The position numbers and the translations under genes were made by a program. DNA of 64,000 nucleotides from the NCBI GenBank assembly GCA_044867345.1, contig JBIOUU010000186.1:3895-67894 (forward strand), in the 5' to 3' direction. Of the stretch, positions 34,266-44,816 are shown piece after piece. The notes under the pieces were generated by a model, which saw only the letters and a list, made by a program, of their open reading frames with translations, was not told the DNA's origin and searched no databases. Each line of letters begins with the position of its first letter. Position 1 is the first letter of the stretch. The stretch comes from Actinomycetota bacterium. Its GTDB lineage: Bacteria > Actinomycetota > UBA4738 > HRBIN12.

Positions 34266-36719
34266 TCAAGATCGCGCCCGGGCGGCCACGGTCCGCTCGA
34301 GCTCGGCGATCCGCTCGCGGTCCTCGAGCTTCCGGCCAAGGTCGTCCCTGACGTAGAACACGTCCACCACGCGATGTCCGTACGTCGCCACCTTGGCCAG
34401 ATGCACGTCGAGGCGCAGCTCGGCGAGCGTGCGGGTGATGTCGAACAGCAGCCCGATCCGATCGGGCGCACCAACCTCGACCACCGTGAAGAAGTCCGAG
34501 GCGTCGTTGTGCACACCGATCTCCACGGGGACCGTGGCGCTCGGCCCCGGGTAGTGCTTGCGCTTCTGCGTCACGCGGTGCTCGAGCGAGAGCCGACCCT
34601 CGAGCGCCTTGCGGAGCGTGTTGCGGAACTCGCGCCAGCGGTCCTCACCGATCTGGGCCTCGAACGCCCCCTCCACCTCGAACACGTCCAGGGCCACTCC
34701 GTCGTCGGTGGTGAAGACCTGCGCCGTGAGGATCGACAGCCCGGCGAGCGAAAGGGACCCGGCGATCAAGGACAACAAGCCGGGACGGTCCGAGGCGACG
34801 ACCGTGAGCGCGTAGGTGCCCGGCCGGGGGCTCTGGCCCGAGAGCGTGCGGACCTCGTGCGCGCCCACGGGTGGTCGGAGGAGCGGGAAGTGCCGCGCGG
34901 CCTGCTCAGCCGGCGTCGCCAGGAGATAGCTGCGAGGCATCCGTTCCAGGAATCGGTCGACCTCGGCCGGCTGCTCGTTCGGCAGCAATTCCCGGAGGCC
35001 GGCTCCGAGTGCCTCCAAGCGCTCCGCCGCCCGAGGGCCAATCTCTCCACGCTCCAGGACCCGCTGGACCTTGGCCACGAGCTCGCGGACGAGCGTGGCC
35101 CGCCACGGCGTCCATGCGAGCGGACCGGTGGCCATCGCATCGGCCACCGTCAGCAGGTACAGCCCCGCCAGCCGTTCGGGATCGCCGACCCTGGCCGCGA
35201 CGTCGAGCACCAGGTCGTCGTCCTCCAGGTCGCGGCGGGTCGCGGTGTCCGACAGCAGCAGGTGCTCCCCGACCAGGAAGAGCGCGAGGTCGCGCGTCCG
35301 GGTCGGTAGGCGCATACGCTCGAGCGCGGCGGTCGCCTGGTCCACCCCGACCGCCACGTGGTTGCCCCTGCCCGTCTTCCCGATGTCGTGCAACAGCGCG
35401 CCGAGAAACAGTGCATCCCGATCCTCTGTCGCAGCGGCGGCCTCGGCCACGAGCGGGTCACTCTCGTCGCCGCCGTCGAGCAGCCGGGACATCCCGGCCA
35501 GGGTGTGGAGCAGGTGCACGTCCACCGAGTTCCGGTGGTACGGATCCCGCTGGGGCCGGCACCGGACGGGTCCCCATTCCGGCAGGAATCGGGCCAGGAT
35601 GCCGATCCGGTCCAACGTCTCCAACGATCGTGCTCCCTCTTCTCCGGCCCGCAGGATCACCAGGAAGGCGTGGCGAACGTCGTCGGACCATTCGACCTGG
35701 TCTTCGATCCCCATCTCCTCGATGCGATCCAGGGCCGGCGCGCCCATCACGCCTCGCTCCGCCGCCACCTTGGCGAAGGCGCGCAAGACCCCGGCCGGCG
35801 TGTCCTCGAACGCCAGCGCATCGGACTCGCCACGCATGTACCGGTCGAACACCGAGCGGGAGACGTGTTCGACCTGGCGCGCGTGCTCGAACACGGCTCG
35901 CATCAGCCCGTCCACCGCGGGAAGGCCGGGCTCGTCCTCGAACCCCATGGCCCGGGCGATCGCGGGCTGATGGTCGAGGAACAGCCGGTCGGTCCTCCGG
36001 CCGGTCTCGAGGTGCAGCGCGCTCCGGACCCGGACCAGGAACCCCTCCGCCGATTCCAGGGCCTCGCGCTCGGCTTGCCGCAGGAAGCCGGCTTCCTCGA
36101 GCGAGCGGACACCGTGCCGGCCGGTGAGCACGATGGCCAGCCACCCCAGCGCGTGCAGGTCCCGGAGCCCGCCACTTCCTTCCTTGAGGTCCGGCTCGAG
36201 CAGCGAGGAGACCGACCCGAACCGCTCTCGCCGGTCCGAGGCGTTCATCGCCAGGCGTTCGGCGAACCCCCGAGGATCCTTCCCCGTCGACGAACGGAGG
36301 CGATCGCTCACCTCGTCCCAGGCGGCGACATCCCCGGCCAGCGGACGCGCATCGAGCATCGCGGTCGTCACGTCGAGGCGTTCGGAAGCCAGCGCCAGGC
36401 ATTCGTCCGCCGTCCGTACGCCGTGGCCGACCGTCAGGCCGGCGTCCCATAGCGGGTACAGCAACCGCTCGGCGAGTCCCTCGATCTCCTCGGCGTGATC
36501 GCCGTCGTGGAGGATGAGCAGATCCACATCCGAGAACGGCGCCAGCTCTCCCCGGCCGTAGCCCCCGAGTGCGACGAGGGCAACCTGCGGGGGCGCCGAG
36601 CCCTCTTCGAAGAGCTCGACGACGCAGGCGTCGACGAGCTCGGAGCGACGCGCCGCCGACCACCGTCCGTGATGGCCGGTCGAGTAGGCGGCATCCAGGG
36701 CTCCAAGCTCGTCCCGCAG
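34266..36719 (-). CDS. glnD: [protein-PII] uridylyl/adenylyl-transferase GlnD (start codon unresolved)
   Basis: NTase motif GGYGRGELAPFSDVDLLILHDG, HD domain (ALLHDIGK) and two C-terminal ACT-like regions. The gene follows glnB. The 5' end is placed provisionally at the in-frame CTG 36719 because no ATG/GTG/TTG exists upstream of 36527. Confidence 0.8.
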   Translation of the reverse strand: MRDELGALDAAYSTGHHGRWSAARRSELVDACVVELFEEGSAPPQVALVALGGYGRGELAPFSDVDLLILHDGDHAEEIEGLAERLLYPLWDAGLTVGHGVRTADECLALASERLDVTTAMLDARPLAGDVAAWDEVSDRLRSSTGKDPRGFAERLAMNASDRRERFGSVSSLLEPDLKEGSGGLRDLHALGWLAIVLTGRHGVRSLEEAGFLRQAEREALESAEGFLVRVRSALHLETGRRTDRLFLDHQPAIARAMGFEDEPGLPAVDGLMRAVFEHARQVEHVSRSVFDRYMRGESDALAFEDTPAGVLRAFAKVAAERGVMGAPALDRIEEMGIEDQVEWSDDVRHAFLVILRAGEEGARSLETLDRIGILARFLPEWGPVRCRPQRDPYHRNSVDVHLLHTLAGMSRLLDGGDESDPLVAEAAAATEDRDALFLGALLHDIGKTGRGNHVAVGVDQATAALERMRLPTRTRDLALFLVGEHLLLSDTATRRDLEDDDLVLDVAARVGDPERLAGLYLLTVADAMATGPLAWTPWRATLVRELVAKVQRVLERGEIGPRAAERLEALGAGLRELLPNEQPAEVDRFLERMPRSYLLATPAEQAARHFPLLRPPVGAHEVRTLSGQSPRPGTYALTVVASDRPGLLSLIAGSLSLAGLSILTAQVFTTDDGVALDVFEVEGAFEAQIGEDRWREFRNTLRKALEGRLSLEHRVTQKRKHYPGPSATVPVEIGVHNDASDFFTVVEVGAPDRIGLLFDITRTLAELRLDVHLAKVATYGHRVVDVFYVRDDLGRKLEDRERIAELERTVAARARS

Positions 36720-36750
36720 CCGCGCGGCGGGGGCAGAGCGGTGGGCCTTC

Positions 36751-37131
<381 letters not shown>

Positions 37132-37187
37132 TCACGGGTGACCGGAGTCCAACGACCCGGCTCGCGGAGCTGAGGACGAAGGGGGGA

Positions 37188-38054
37188 TCAGCCGGTGGCG
37201 GCCTTCTTCCGCGGCGCGGCGGCCTTCTTGGCCGCGGTCTTCTTGGCCCCTGACTTGGCCTTCGGGCGCGCGCCGGGTGTCTTCTTCTTCGCCGCCTCGA
37301 CGGAGGCCTTCAGGGCGTCCATGAGGTCGACGACCCGAGCCGGCGCGGCCTCCGGCGCGACCTCGATCTCCTCGCCGGCGATCTTCTTCTCCACGAGCTC
37401 GAGGAGCGCCTCACGGTACTCGTCCTTGTACGCGGCCGGGTTCCACGGCTCCGTCAGGTTGTCGATGAGGGCCTTGGCCATCTCGACCTCCTGTGGCCGA
37501 ACCTTGGCGCCGGTGTGGACCGTCTCGAACTCGGCGGCCCGGATCTCGTCCGGCCAGTACATGGTCTCCAGGACGAACACGTCGCCGTCGAACCGCAGGG
37601 CGGCCAGGTGCTCCTTGTCGCGGAACGAGACCTTGGCGATGCCGACCTTGCTCTCCTCGGACAAGGCCGTGCGGAGGAGCGCGTAGGCCTTCGCGCCCGT
37701 CTCATCGGGAATCAGGTAGTAGGACTTCTTGTACAGGATGGGGTCGATCTCCTCGAGCTCCACGAACTGCTGGATGTCGATGGACCGGCTGGACTCCAGG
37801 GGCACCTTCTCCATGTCATCGTCGGTGAGCACCACGTAGTGGCCCTTCTCGTACTCGAACCCCTTGACGATGTGCTCGAACGAGACCTCCTGGCCGTCGA
37901 TCTCGCACACCCGCTTGTAGCGGATCCGGCCGCTGTCCTCGTCGTGGAGCTGGTTGAACTTCAGCGACCTCTCCTCGGTCGCGGGGAACACCGCGACCGG
38001 GATGGTCACCAGGCCGAAGGAGATGGCCCCTTTCCACATGGCTCTGGGTGGCAT
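37188..38054 (-). CDS. ku: NHEJ DNA end-binding protein Ku
   Basis: MWKGAISFGLVTIPV N-terminus and Lys/Ala-rich basic C-terminal tail. ATG 38054 behind GGAGG. Divergent from ligD. Confidence 0.9.
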   Translation of the reverse strand: MPPRAMWKGAISFGLVTIPVAVFPATEERSLKFNQLHDEDSGRIRYKRVCEIDGQEVSFEHIVKGFEYEKGHYVVLTDDDMEKVPLESSRSIDIQQFVELEEIDPILYKKSYYLIPDETGAKAYALLRTALSEESKVGIAKVSFRDKEHLAALRFDGDVFVLETMYWPDEIRAAEFETVHTGAKVRPQEVEMAKALIDNLTEPWNPAAYKDEYREALLELVEKKIAGEEIEVAPEAAPARVVDLMDALKASVEAAKKKTPGARPKAKSGAKKTAAKKAAAPRKKAATG

Positions 38055-38130
38055 CGCGTACCTCCAGGGACGGTCGGTTCCAAGGACCACGGATTCTAGC
38101 GGTCCCACCCAGTCGTTTTACCATCGGGGG

Positions 38131-40710
38131 ATGACGCCGGCGAAGAAACGTGCCTCGGGGCCACCGTTCACGATCAAGTTCCCAGCTTCCCTACCCGCCG
38201 AACAGCGCGGGGAGGCCTGGTGGATGCAGGCCGACGGGCGGGAGCTCCGGCTGTCCAACCTGGACAAGGTGTTCTGGCCCGAGGAGGGGTACACGAAGGG
38301 CGACGTCATCGCCTACTACTTGAACGTCGCGGACTTGATCCTGCCGCACCTCCTCGAGCGGCCCCTGACGATGAAGCGGATGCCCGACGGGATCGCCGGC
38401 CCGTTCTTCTACGAGAAGAGCGCGCCCTCGCATACGCCGGACTGGCTTCCCCGGTGCCCCGTCGAGAGCGAGGAGGCGAAGACCGGGATCATCGACTATC
38501 TGATGGTCGAGGACACGGCCGGGGTTCTGTTCATCGCCAACCTCGGATGCATCGAGTTCCACCCCCTGCATTCGCGGTGCCGGTCGATCGAATCGCCCGA
38601 CTACCTGTTCTTCGACCTGGATCCGTTCCCACCGATCACTTTCGACGACGTCCTCGCGGTGGCGATGCATGTGAAGGCGTCCCTCGATGCGCTGGGCCTG
38701 GTGGGCTACCCGAAGACGAGCGGAGCGACGGGGATGCAGATCTACGTGCCGGTCGAGCCGGGCTACTCCTACGAGCAGGTCCGCGAGTTCGTCGGCGCTG
38801 TGGGCAGGATGATCGAGCGGGCCGACCGGGACCGGGTGACGATGGCCTGGCAGGTGTCGAAGCGCTCCGGGAAGGTCTTCATCGACCACAACATGAACCG
38901 GGCCGGAGCGAACATCTCCGCCGCGTACTCGCTCCGGCCCGAGGCAGGGGCCACGGTCTCCACCCCGCTCACGTGGGACGAGGTGAAGAAGGGCGTCACG
39001 CCGCAGCAGTTCACGATCCAGACGGTGTGGAAGCGGTTCGCGAAGGTCGGGGACCTGTTCGACGGGGTCCGGACCAAGCCGCAGGCCCTCGGCTCCGCGC
39101 TGGAGGCCATGGGGCTCCCGCCGGAGAAGGCGCTGGCCCCGAAATCCGCGAAGGCGACCACCAAAGCCGCGAAGGAGCCGACGAGGGGCGCCAAGAGGTC
39201 GAACCCGGCGAATCCCCGGACCAGCGAGGAGGTCATCGCCGAGTCGAAGGACCCGAAGCTGGCCGAGTACCTCCGCAAGCGAGACTTCGAGGGCACGCCC
39301 GAGCCCGCTCCCGGCGCGTCGAAGGGCACGGGCAACTCGTTCGTGATCCAGAAGCACCGGGCCACCCGGCTCCACTACGACCTCCGCCTGGAGAAGGACG
39401 GCGCGCTACCCTCCTGGGCCGTGCCCCGGGGCCTTCCGATCGCGTTCGGCGACAAGCGGCTGGCCGTTCGGACCGAGGACCACCCGCTCGAGTACGGCAG
39501 TTTCGAGGGCACGATCCCCGAAGGCCATTACGGCGCCGGCGAGGTCCGCATCTTCGACAACGGCACGTACGAGCCCATCGAATGGACGGAGAAGAAGGTG
39601 AGCTTCCGTCTCCACGGGCGCCGGTACCGCGGCCTCGAGTACCACCTGGTGAAGACTCGCACCGACTGGCTGATCTTCCTGGCCAGCCACCAGGATGCGC
39701 CGCTCATCGCCCAGCCGCCGCCGCTCCAGCCCATGCTGGCGGAAGGCGGCCATCAGCCGTTCGACGATCCCAAGTGGCGGTTCGAGCCCAAGCTGGACGG
39801 GATCAGGGCGCTCGCCTTCCTCACGACGGACCTCACGCGGCCGATCACGCGACGGGGCCGCGACGTCACGACGCAGTATCCGGAGCTGCACATGATCCAC
39901 GAGCTGGTGGACCAGGTGAACGCGGTGATGGATGGCGAGATCGTGGCCTTCGACGAGGACGGGAAGAACTCCTTCGAAGCCCTCCAGCAGCGGATGAACC
40001 TGGCGAACGAGCGGGAGATCAAGCGGATCGCCAAGCAGATCCCGGTGGCGCTCGTGGCGTTCGACCTCCTGTGGCTGGATGGCCGGAACCTCACGGAACA
40101 GCCGTTGGACGAACGCCGGGAACTGCTCCAGGCCGTGGTGGAGGAGGACGAACGGCTCCAGCTCGTCACCTTCGTCGAGGGCGAGGGGAAGCAGCTGGTC
40201 GAGGCGGCGCGGTCGCACGGCCTGGAGGGCGTGGTGGCCAAACGCCACCGCTCGAAGTACTTCCCCGGCCGGCGCTCGCCCGACTGGAGGAAGATCAAGC
40301 TCACGAACACCCAGGACTGCGTGGTGCTGGGATGGACGCCGGGCCAGGGCGGGCGCGCCGGGACGTTCGGAGCCCTCCTGGTCGGGGCCTACGACGACGG
40401 GAAGCTCCGGTGGATCGGCCAGGTGGGCACGGGGTTCACCGACAAGATGCTGGCCACGGTGATGGAGCTGCTCTCGCCGCTCGTGACGAAGGAACCGCCC
40501 ACCGACGACCCCGAGCTCAAGGCGATCAAGGGCGCGACGTTCGTCCGCCCCGAGATCGTGTGCGAGGTCGAGTACCTGGAGATCACCAGGAGCACGAAGA
40601 AGATGCGAGCCCCCTCGTTCAAGGGCTTGCGGACGGACAAGGCGCCCGAGGACTGCATCCTCGAGCCGCCGGCGGTCAGCCGAGCGTCAGGAAGGCGTTC
40701 AGCAGGATGA
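38131..40710 (+). CDS. ligD: multifunctional NHEJ DNA ligase LigD (Pol - phosphoesterase - ligase order)
   Basis: Pol domain (LSNLDKVFWPEEGYTKGDVIAYY), PE domain (FVIQKHRATRLHYDLRLE) and ligase adenylation motif EPKLDGIRA. Start ATG 38131, within track ORF 37954..40710. Confidence 0.9.
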   Translation: MTPAKKRASGPPFTIKFPASLPAEQRGEAWWMQADGRELRLSNLDKVFWPEEGYTKGDVIAYYLNVADLILPHLLERPLTMKRMPDGIAGPFFYEKSAPSHTPDWLPRCPVESEEAKTGIIDYLMVEDTAGVLFIANLGCIEFHPLHSRCRSIESPDYLFFDLDPFPPITFDDVLAVAMHVKASLDALGLVGYPKTSGATGMQIYVPVEPGYSYEQVREFVGAVGRMIERADRDRVTMAWQVSKRSGKVFIDHNMNRAGANISAAYSLRPEAGATVSTPLTWDEVKKGVTPQQFTIQTVWKRFAKVGDLFDGVRTKPQALGSALEAMGLPPEKALAPKSAKATTKAAKEPTRGAKRSNPANPRTSEEVIAESKDPKLAEYLRKRDFEGTPEPAPGASKGTGNSFVIQKHRATRLHYDLRLEKDGALPSWAVPRGLPIAFGDKRLAVRTEDHPLEYGSFEGTIPEGHYGAGEVRIFDNGTYEPIEWTEKKVSFRLHGRRYRGLEYHLVKTRTDWLIFLASHQDAPLIAQPPPLQPMLAEGGHQPFDDPKWRFEPKLDGIRALAFLTTDLTRPITRRGRDVTTQYPELHMIHELVDQVNAVMDGEIVAFDEDGKNSFEALQQRMNLANEREIKRIAKQIPVALVAFDLLWLDGRNLTEQPLDERRELLQAVVEEDERLQLVTFVEGEGKQLVEAARSHGLEGVVAKRHRSKYFPGRRSPDWRKIKLTNTQDCVVLGWTPGQGGRAGTFGALLVGAYDDGKLRWIGQVGTGFTDKMLATVMELLSPLVTKEPPTDDPELKAIKGATFVRPEIVCEVEYLEITRSTKKMRAPSFKGLRTDKAPEDCILEPPAVSRASGRRSAG

Positions 40711-41038
40711 CGGCCACGACCGCCGCGACCACCACGAGAACCGAACCGGCGATGACCCCGGTCCAGGCCATCCAGGCCCGGCGAGGACGTGTCCGGCCGG
40801 CGAGGCCTGCGAACAGCGCGAGCAGGCCGAAGCCGGGAACCGAGCCATACAGTGCCGAGGCCGCCGCGTCGGGGAGTGAGTCGAGGAACGGCGCGCCGGA
40901 CGTGCCGGCGACGATCAGGCCCACGGCCACGAGTCCGAGCACGGCGAACGCGAGCGAGGCGACGGCCCACGGGTTGCCCTCGTCGTCCTGGGTCCCGGCC
41001 CACCGGTCGCTCCGCCGCGGCGCCTCGATCCCCATCAA
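40676..41038 (-). CDS. hypothetical membrane protein
   Basis: 120 aa with three hydrophobic segments. Its 3' end overlaps the ligD 3' end by 35 nt (convergent). No family recognised. Confidence 0.45.
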   Translation of the reverse strand: MMGIEAPRRSDRWAGTQDDEGNPWAVASLAFAVLGLVAVGLIVAGTSGAPFLDSLPDAAASALYGSVPGFGLLALFAGLAGRTRPRRAWMAWTGVIAGSVLVVVAAVVAVILLNAFLTLG

Positions 41039-41077
41039 GCCAACTTCTCCGGGCCGCCGGTCGGGCGGCTCACGTGA

Positions 41078-41596
41078 TCAGAACGGTTCGTAGCCCGCCC
41101 GAACGAGGAGCGAACGGACCTCCCGCTCGTCGATCCCCCGAGCCAGGAGCTCTTTGTACAGGCGGAGCGCCGCGAGGGATCGGCCGCACCTCGGGCAGAA
41201 TTGGAAATCCTGTTCGCACGGCGTCTCGCACCACGGGCAGCGCGTGATCTGGATCTGACGGTCGGGTTGCAGGCCGGTGTCGGTGAGGGCATCGATGTAG
41301 CCCTTGCCGTAGTCCCACTGGATGTACTCGTCCTCGTGGACCTCGAAGGCCGGCTCGTGCATCCGCGGCTCGCCGGTCCTCAGCATGTGCTCGAGGTTCT
41401 CCCGGAGCAGGTCCCATTCGTAGAAGTGGTTCTCGCCGCAATCGGGACAGGCGATGACCACGCCCTTCACCCCCTGGGGGCCGAAGATCTCTCGCATGCC
41501 GTGCAGGTCATCGAGGTCCGCGCGGACGTTGTTCGCCTCGTCGGGATCGAGGCTGGGCGGGGCCTCGTCCCCCGGGTCGGCCGGTTCCTCCATCAT
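41078..41596 (-). CDS. conserved actinobacterial protein with two CxxC zinc-ribbon pairs (DUF5319-like, by recollection)
   Basis: ACPDCGENHFYEWD and RCPWCETPCEQDFQFCPRCG. ATG 41596 forms an ATGA overlap with the stop of the upstream PIG-L gene. Confidence 0.6.
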   Translation of the reverse strand: MMEEPADPGDEAPPSLDPDEANNVRADLDDLHGMREIFGPQGVKGVVIACPDCGENHFYEWDLLRENLEHMLRTGEPRMHEPAFEVHEDEYIQWDYGKGYIDALTDTGLQPDRQIQITRCPWCETPCEQDFQFCPRCGRSLAALRLYKELLARGIDEREVRSLLVRAGYEPF

Positions 41597-42312
41597 CGTT
41601 CCTCTGCCTCTTCCTCTTCCTTCAGGGAGAACGCCAGGAACCCCTCCGCGTACTCCACCCCGCCCTTCTCGCCGAGCTCCTTCGCCCGGTCCCGGACCCA
41701 CTGGAGGTCGTCTTCGACCCCCTGGGACCGGTGCTTCGTCAGGGCCTCAACCTTCGCGTCGATCGTCTTGGTGATGTCCACGTACGTATCGGGCTCCTCG
41801 GTGGACAACCAAAGGTTCGGGACCTCGTAGGGCTCGAACCCCGCCTCCAGGAGCTCGGGGAACTGGGGTCGGGATGGGGCGTCGGGCATGACGGCGCACA
41901 GCGCGAGCTCCCCCGCGGCCCGATGGTCGGCATGGTTGATGTACCGCCGGCCGAACCACAGCCTCGAGGGGTCGGGAGCGACCAGCACCTCCGGCCGGAG
42001 CCGGCGGACCTCGCGGGTCACGGCCATCCGGGTCTCCAGGTTCACCTCGAGCATCCCGTCGGGGAAGTCCAGGAAGGTCACCGTCCTGACGCCGAGGACC
42101 CGCGCCGCCTCGTCCTGTTCGGGCTTGCGGATCCCCGAGATCTGCTCCCTGGTCATGCCCGGCTCGTTCGAGCCGGCCGACCCGTCGGTGACGACCACGT
42201 AATGGACCTCGGTCCCGTTGCGCGCCCATGCGGCGACGGTCCCGCCGCACATGTACTCGGCATCGTCGGGATGGGCGAACAGCACCAGCGCGCTTGCGAA
42301 CCCCACGAGCAT
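41593..42312 (-). CDS. PIG-L/LmbE family deacetylase (second copy)
   Basis: LVLFAHPDDAEYMCGGT N-terminal motif and VTDGSAGS. Acidic C-terminal tail. Confidence 0.8.
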   Translation of the reverse strand: MLVGFASALVLFAHPDDAEYMCGGTVAAWARNGTEVHYVVVTDGSAGSNEPGMTREQISGIRKPEQDEAARVLGVRTVTFLDFPDGMLEVNLETRMAVTREVRRLRPEVLVAPDPSRLWFGRRYINHADHRAAGELALCAVMPDAPSRPQFPELLEAGFEPYEVPNLWLSTEEPDTYVDITKTIDAKVEALTKHRSQGVEDDLQWVRDRAKELGEKGGVEYAEGFLAFSLKEEEEAEER

Positions 42313-42742
42313 GAGCCTACTGGACCCCGCCCTCAGCAGGCAGACTGGCGGAGTGGGGGATCAGGGCGAGGATGGCGGAGCGCCGCCGGGCCGGGACCAG
42401 GGACTGAAGGACGAGTACCCCCAGACGTCCGGATTGGCCGCGACGGCCGGCGCCGGAGCGGCGTGGGGGTTCCTCGGCTACACCGTCCTGTGGCAGGGCG
42501 TCCCGTTCGGCGTGAACCGGCGGTTCGTCGAGACTGTGGTCGGCACGCTCGTGCTGTTCCCCGTTCGAACCGTCCTGTGGGGCGTGCACCTCGGCGAGCG
42601 GATGGCGGGCCGGCCGTTCGACTTCGCCGACGACAACTGGTGGATCGGCGTGGCGGCCGCCGTGGTCGGCGGGGCCATCGGCGCCCTCGCGTTCATCGCG
42701 GTCCGGTCCGGCGTCCGGGCCATCCGCGCGTTACGGTCCTGA
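42311..42742 (+). CDS. hypothetical membrane protein (start uncertain)
   Basis: The C-terminal ~100 aa have high GC3 and three hydrophobic segments. The first ~35 codons look less coding-like, so the true start may lie downstream. Confidence 0.45.
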   Translation: MSLLDPALSRQTGGVGDQGEDGGAPPGRDQGLKDEYPQTSGLAATAGAGAAWGFLGYTVLWQGVPFGVNRRFVETVVGTLVLFPVRTVLWGVHLGERMAGRPFDFADDNWWIGVAAAVVGGAIGALAFIAVRSGVRAIRALRS

Positions 42743-42767
42743 CGGACGACGGGCGCTCGGCGAGGGC

Positions 42768-43310
42768 CTAGGACCCGTAACCGCCGTATCCGCCGCCACC
42801 GCTGCCGGACGAACCACCGCTCCCCGCACCCGACGTGCTGGTGCCCGACGCCGAGACCGCGAACCACACGCCCTGGATCCCCTGTCCGGTCGCCTGGCCC
42901 GACGCCGAGTCGCCCGAGTACGTGTACAGGGGCATGCCGTTGATCGTGAGTTGCGTGGTGCCGTCTGGGCGCATGATCGTGCCGAACGTCCCTTTGATCA
43001 TCCCCGTGTCCTGCGGGAGCGAGCCCGTCACGAGCACCGGCGGCCAGAACGACGCGCACCCTCCCGTGCATACGATCTTGGTGCCCGTTTCCTTCGTGTT
43101 GTGGTACAGCGTCAGGCCGGCGCCGTTCGCAAGGACCGTCCCGATGCCGGAGACCGAGTCCGTCTGCACCGACAACGCCGTTCCCGACGGCGAGGGGGAG
43201 CCGCCCCCCGACGACGTGCTGCCACTGCTACGGCCGCACGCGGCCAGGAGCAGAGCAGTGAGAGCGATCACGGCCAGACCCGGGCGTCGCCTTCCGTATC
43301 GGAGCCTCAT
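42768..43310 (-). CDS. secreted lipoprotein with COG4315-type repeats
   Basis: Lipobox LLLAAC after a signal peptide (ATG 43310). GLTLYHNTKE...CTGGCASFWPP and GMPLYTYSGD repeats. Gly/Ser-rich tail. Confidence 0.65.
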   Translation of the reverse strand: MRLRYGRRRPGLAVIALTALLLAACGRSSGSTSSGGGSPSPSGTALSVQTDSVSGIGTVLANGAGLTLYHNTKETGTKIVCTGGCASFWPPVLVTGSLPQDTGMIKGTFGTIMRPDGTTQLTINGMPLYTYSGDSASGQATGQGIQGVWFAVSASGTSTSGAGSGGSSGSGGGGYGGYGS

Positions 43311-43391
43311 CACACACACCTCCTGCGTTTGGACGGTACCCGGGAGGTGTACGGCCGAACGCGGGACACGGCTTCGTTCCCACGGAGACTT

Positions 43392-44816
43392 CTACGACTT
43401 CGGCACAGCGTGGTACCGGGACGCGATCGTCGCCTCGATGGCCTGGCCCTGCGCCAGCACGCTCGACGGTGAGGGCCCTCCGGGCGTCGACCGGGCCCGG
43501 ACCGATCGGTCGGGATCGAGGAGCGAAGCGCCCTCGGGCAGTCCGAGGTCGCGCCACTCGTCGGGTCCAAGGGATCGGAGCGAACGGTGCTCGGCGTCGA
43601 GTCGTTTCAGCAGCTCGCCGATACGCCGATGGGCCAGGCGGAACGGCACGCCGGCCCGGACCAGGTCCTCAGCCAGGTCGGTCGCATAGAGGGCCTCGGC
43701 CTCAGCGGCCTCCCGCATGGCGGCCTCGTCGAAGCGCAGCGTCTCGACGCACCCGGCCAACGCTCCGAGGGTCGCCTCCACCGTGTCCGCCGCGTCGAAC
43801 GCCGGGCCCTTGTCCTCCTGGAGATCACGGTGGTAGCCGAGGGGCAGGCCGGCGAGCATCGACGCCAACGCGACGACGTTGCCGCCCAACCGTGCCGCCT
43901 TGGCCCGGACGAGCTCGGCCACGTCGGGATTCCGCTTCTGGGGCATCATGCTCGACCCGGTGGCGTAGGCGTCGTCGATCGACGCCCACCCCGACGACTC
44001 GTCGGTCCACCGGAGGAGATCGGCGGCCAGCCGAGACAGGTGCGTTCCGAGGATGGCCGCGTCGGCCACGAACTCCTGAACGAAGTCCCGGTCGGACACC
44101 GCGTCGATCGAGTTTTCGAAGACGCGGTCGAGGCCGAGGCGGGCCGCCGTCGTCTCCGGATCCAGTCCGAGCGTCGAGGTGGCGAGGGCCCCAGCCCCCA
44201 GCGCGGACACGCTCGCCCTGGCCGCCCACTGGTCGAGACGCTCGAGGTCGCGGAGCAGGGCCCAGGCGTGTGCCAGCAGATGGTGGCCGAGCGTGACGGG
44301 CTGCGCCGCTCGGCCGTGGGTCGTCCCCGGCATGACCGCTTCGGCACGGTCGCGCGCGCTCGCCACGAGCGCCCGGATCAGACGGACGATGCCACGGTCG
44401 ATCCGCCGTCGCGCCGCGAGCAGCCACAGCCGAAGGTCCGTGACGACCAGGTCGTTCCGGCTCCGGCCCGCGTGCAGCTTGGCGCCGACGTCGCCCAGGC
44501 GGTCCGTCACTCCCCGTTCGATGGCCGAGTGCACGTCCTCGTCGGCCGGGTGGAACGCGAAGCGACCGGCGGCGATCTCCTCTCCAACCTCGCGAAGCGC
44601 CTTCTCCAGGGCCGCCGCCTCGCCGGCGGAAAGCAGTCCGGCGTCCTCGAGCGCGTGCGCGTGCGCGACGGAGGACTCGACGTCGTGCGGAGCCAGGCGA
44701 ACGTCGACGGACAGGCTCCGCGACAGCGCTGCGGCCTCCCGAGCCGGCGCCGTGCCGAACCGCCCACTCCACAGTGGCTCATCGGTCTCCGAGCCGGGTG
44801 CATCCGGCTGGCTCAT
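43392..44816 (-). CDS. argH: argininosuccinate lyase
   Basis: LWSGRF N-terminus and fumarate-lyase signature GSSMMPQKRNPD. ATG 44816 forms an ATGA overlap with the argG stop. Confidence 0.95.
   Translation of the reverse strand: MSQPDAPGSETDEPLWSGRFGTAPAREAAALSRSLSVDVRLAPHDVESSVAHAHALEDAGLLSAGEAAALEKALREVGEEIAAGRFAFHPADEDVHSAIERGVTDRLGDVGAKLHAGRSRNDLVVTDLRLWLLAARRRIDRGIVRLIRALVASARDRAEAVMPGTTHGRAAQPVTLGHHLLAHAWALLRDLERLDQWAARASVSALGAGALATSTLGLDPETTAARLGLDRVFENSIDAVSDRDFVQEFVADAAILGTHLSRLAADLLRWTDESSGWASIDDAYATGSSMMPQKRNPDVAELVRAKAARLGGNVVALASMLAGLPLGYHRDLQEDKGPAFDAADTVEATLGALAGCVETLRFDEAAMREAAEAEALYATDLAEDLVRAGVPFRLAHRRIGELLKRLDAEHRSLRSLGPDEWRDLGLPEGASLLDPDRSVRARSTPGGPSPSSVLAQGQAIEATIASRYHAVPKS

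Noticed and set aside
37188-40710. Ku/LigD as part of a mobile element or defence island
   Set aside because: A divergent ku-ligD pair is the standard bacterial NHEJ locus. The flanks are housekeeping genes (glnB/glnD, membrane protein), with no integrase, repeats or tRNA target.
38220-41093. 957-aa alternate-frame ORF over ligD
   Set aside because: It lies on the same strand as ligD but out of frame. The product is an Arg/Pro/Gly-rich string, whereas the ligD frame contains Pol, PE and KxDG ligase motifs.
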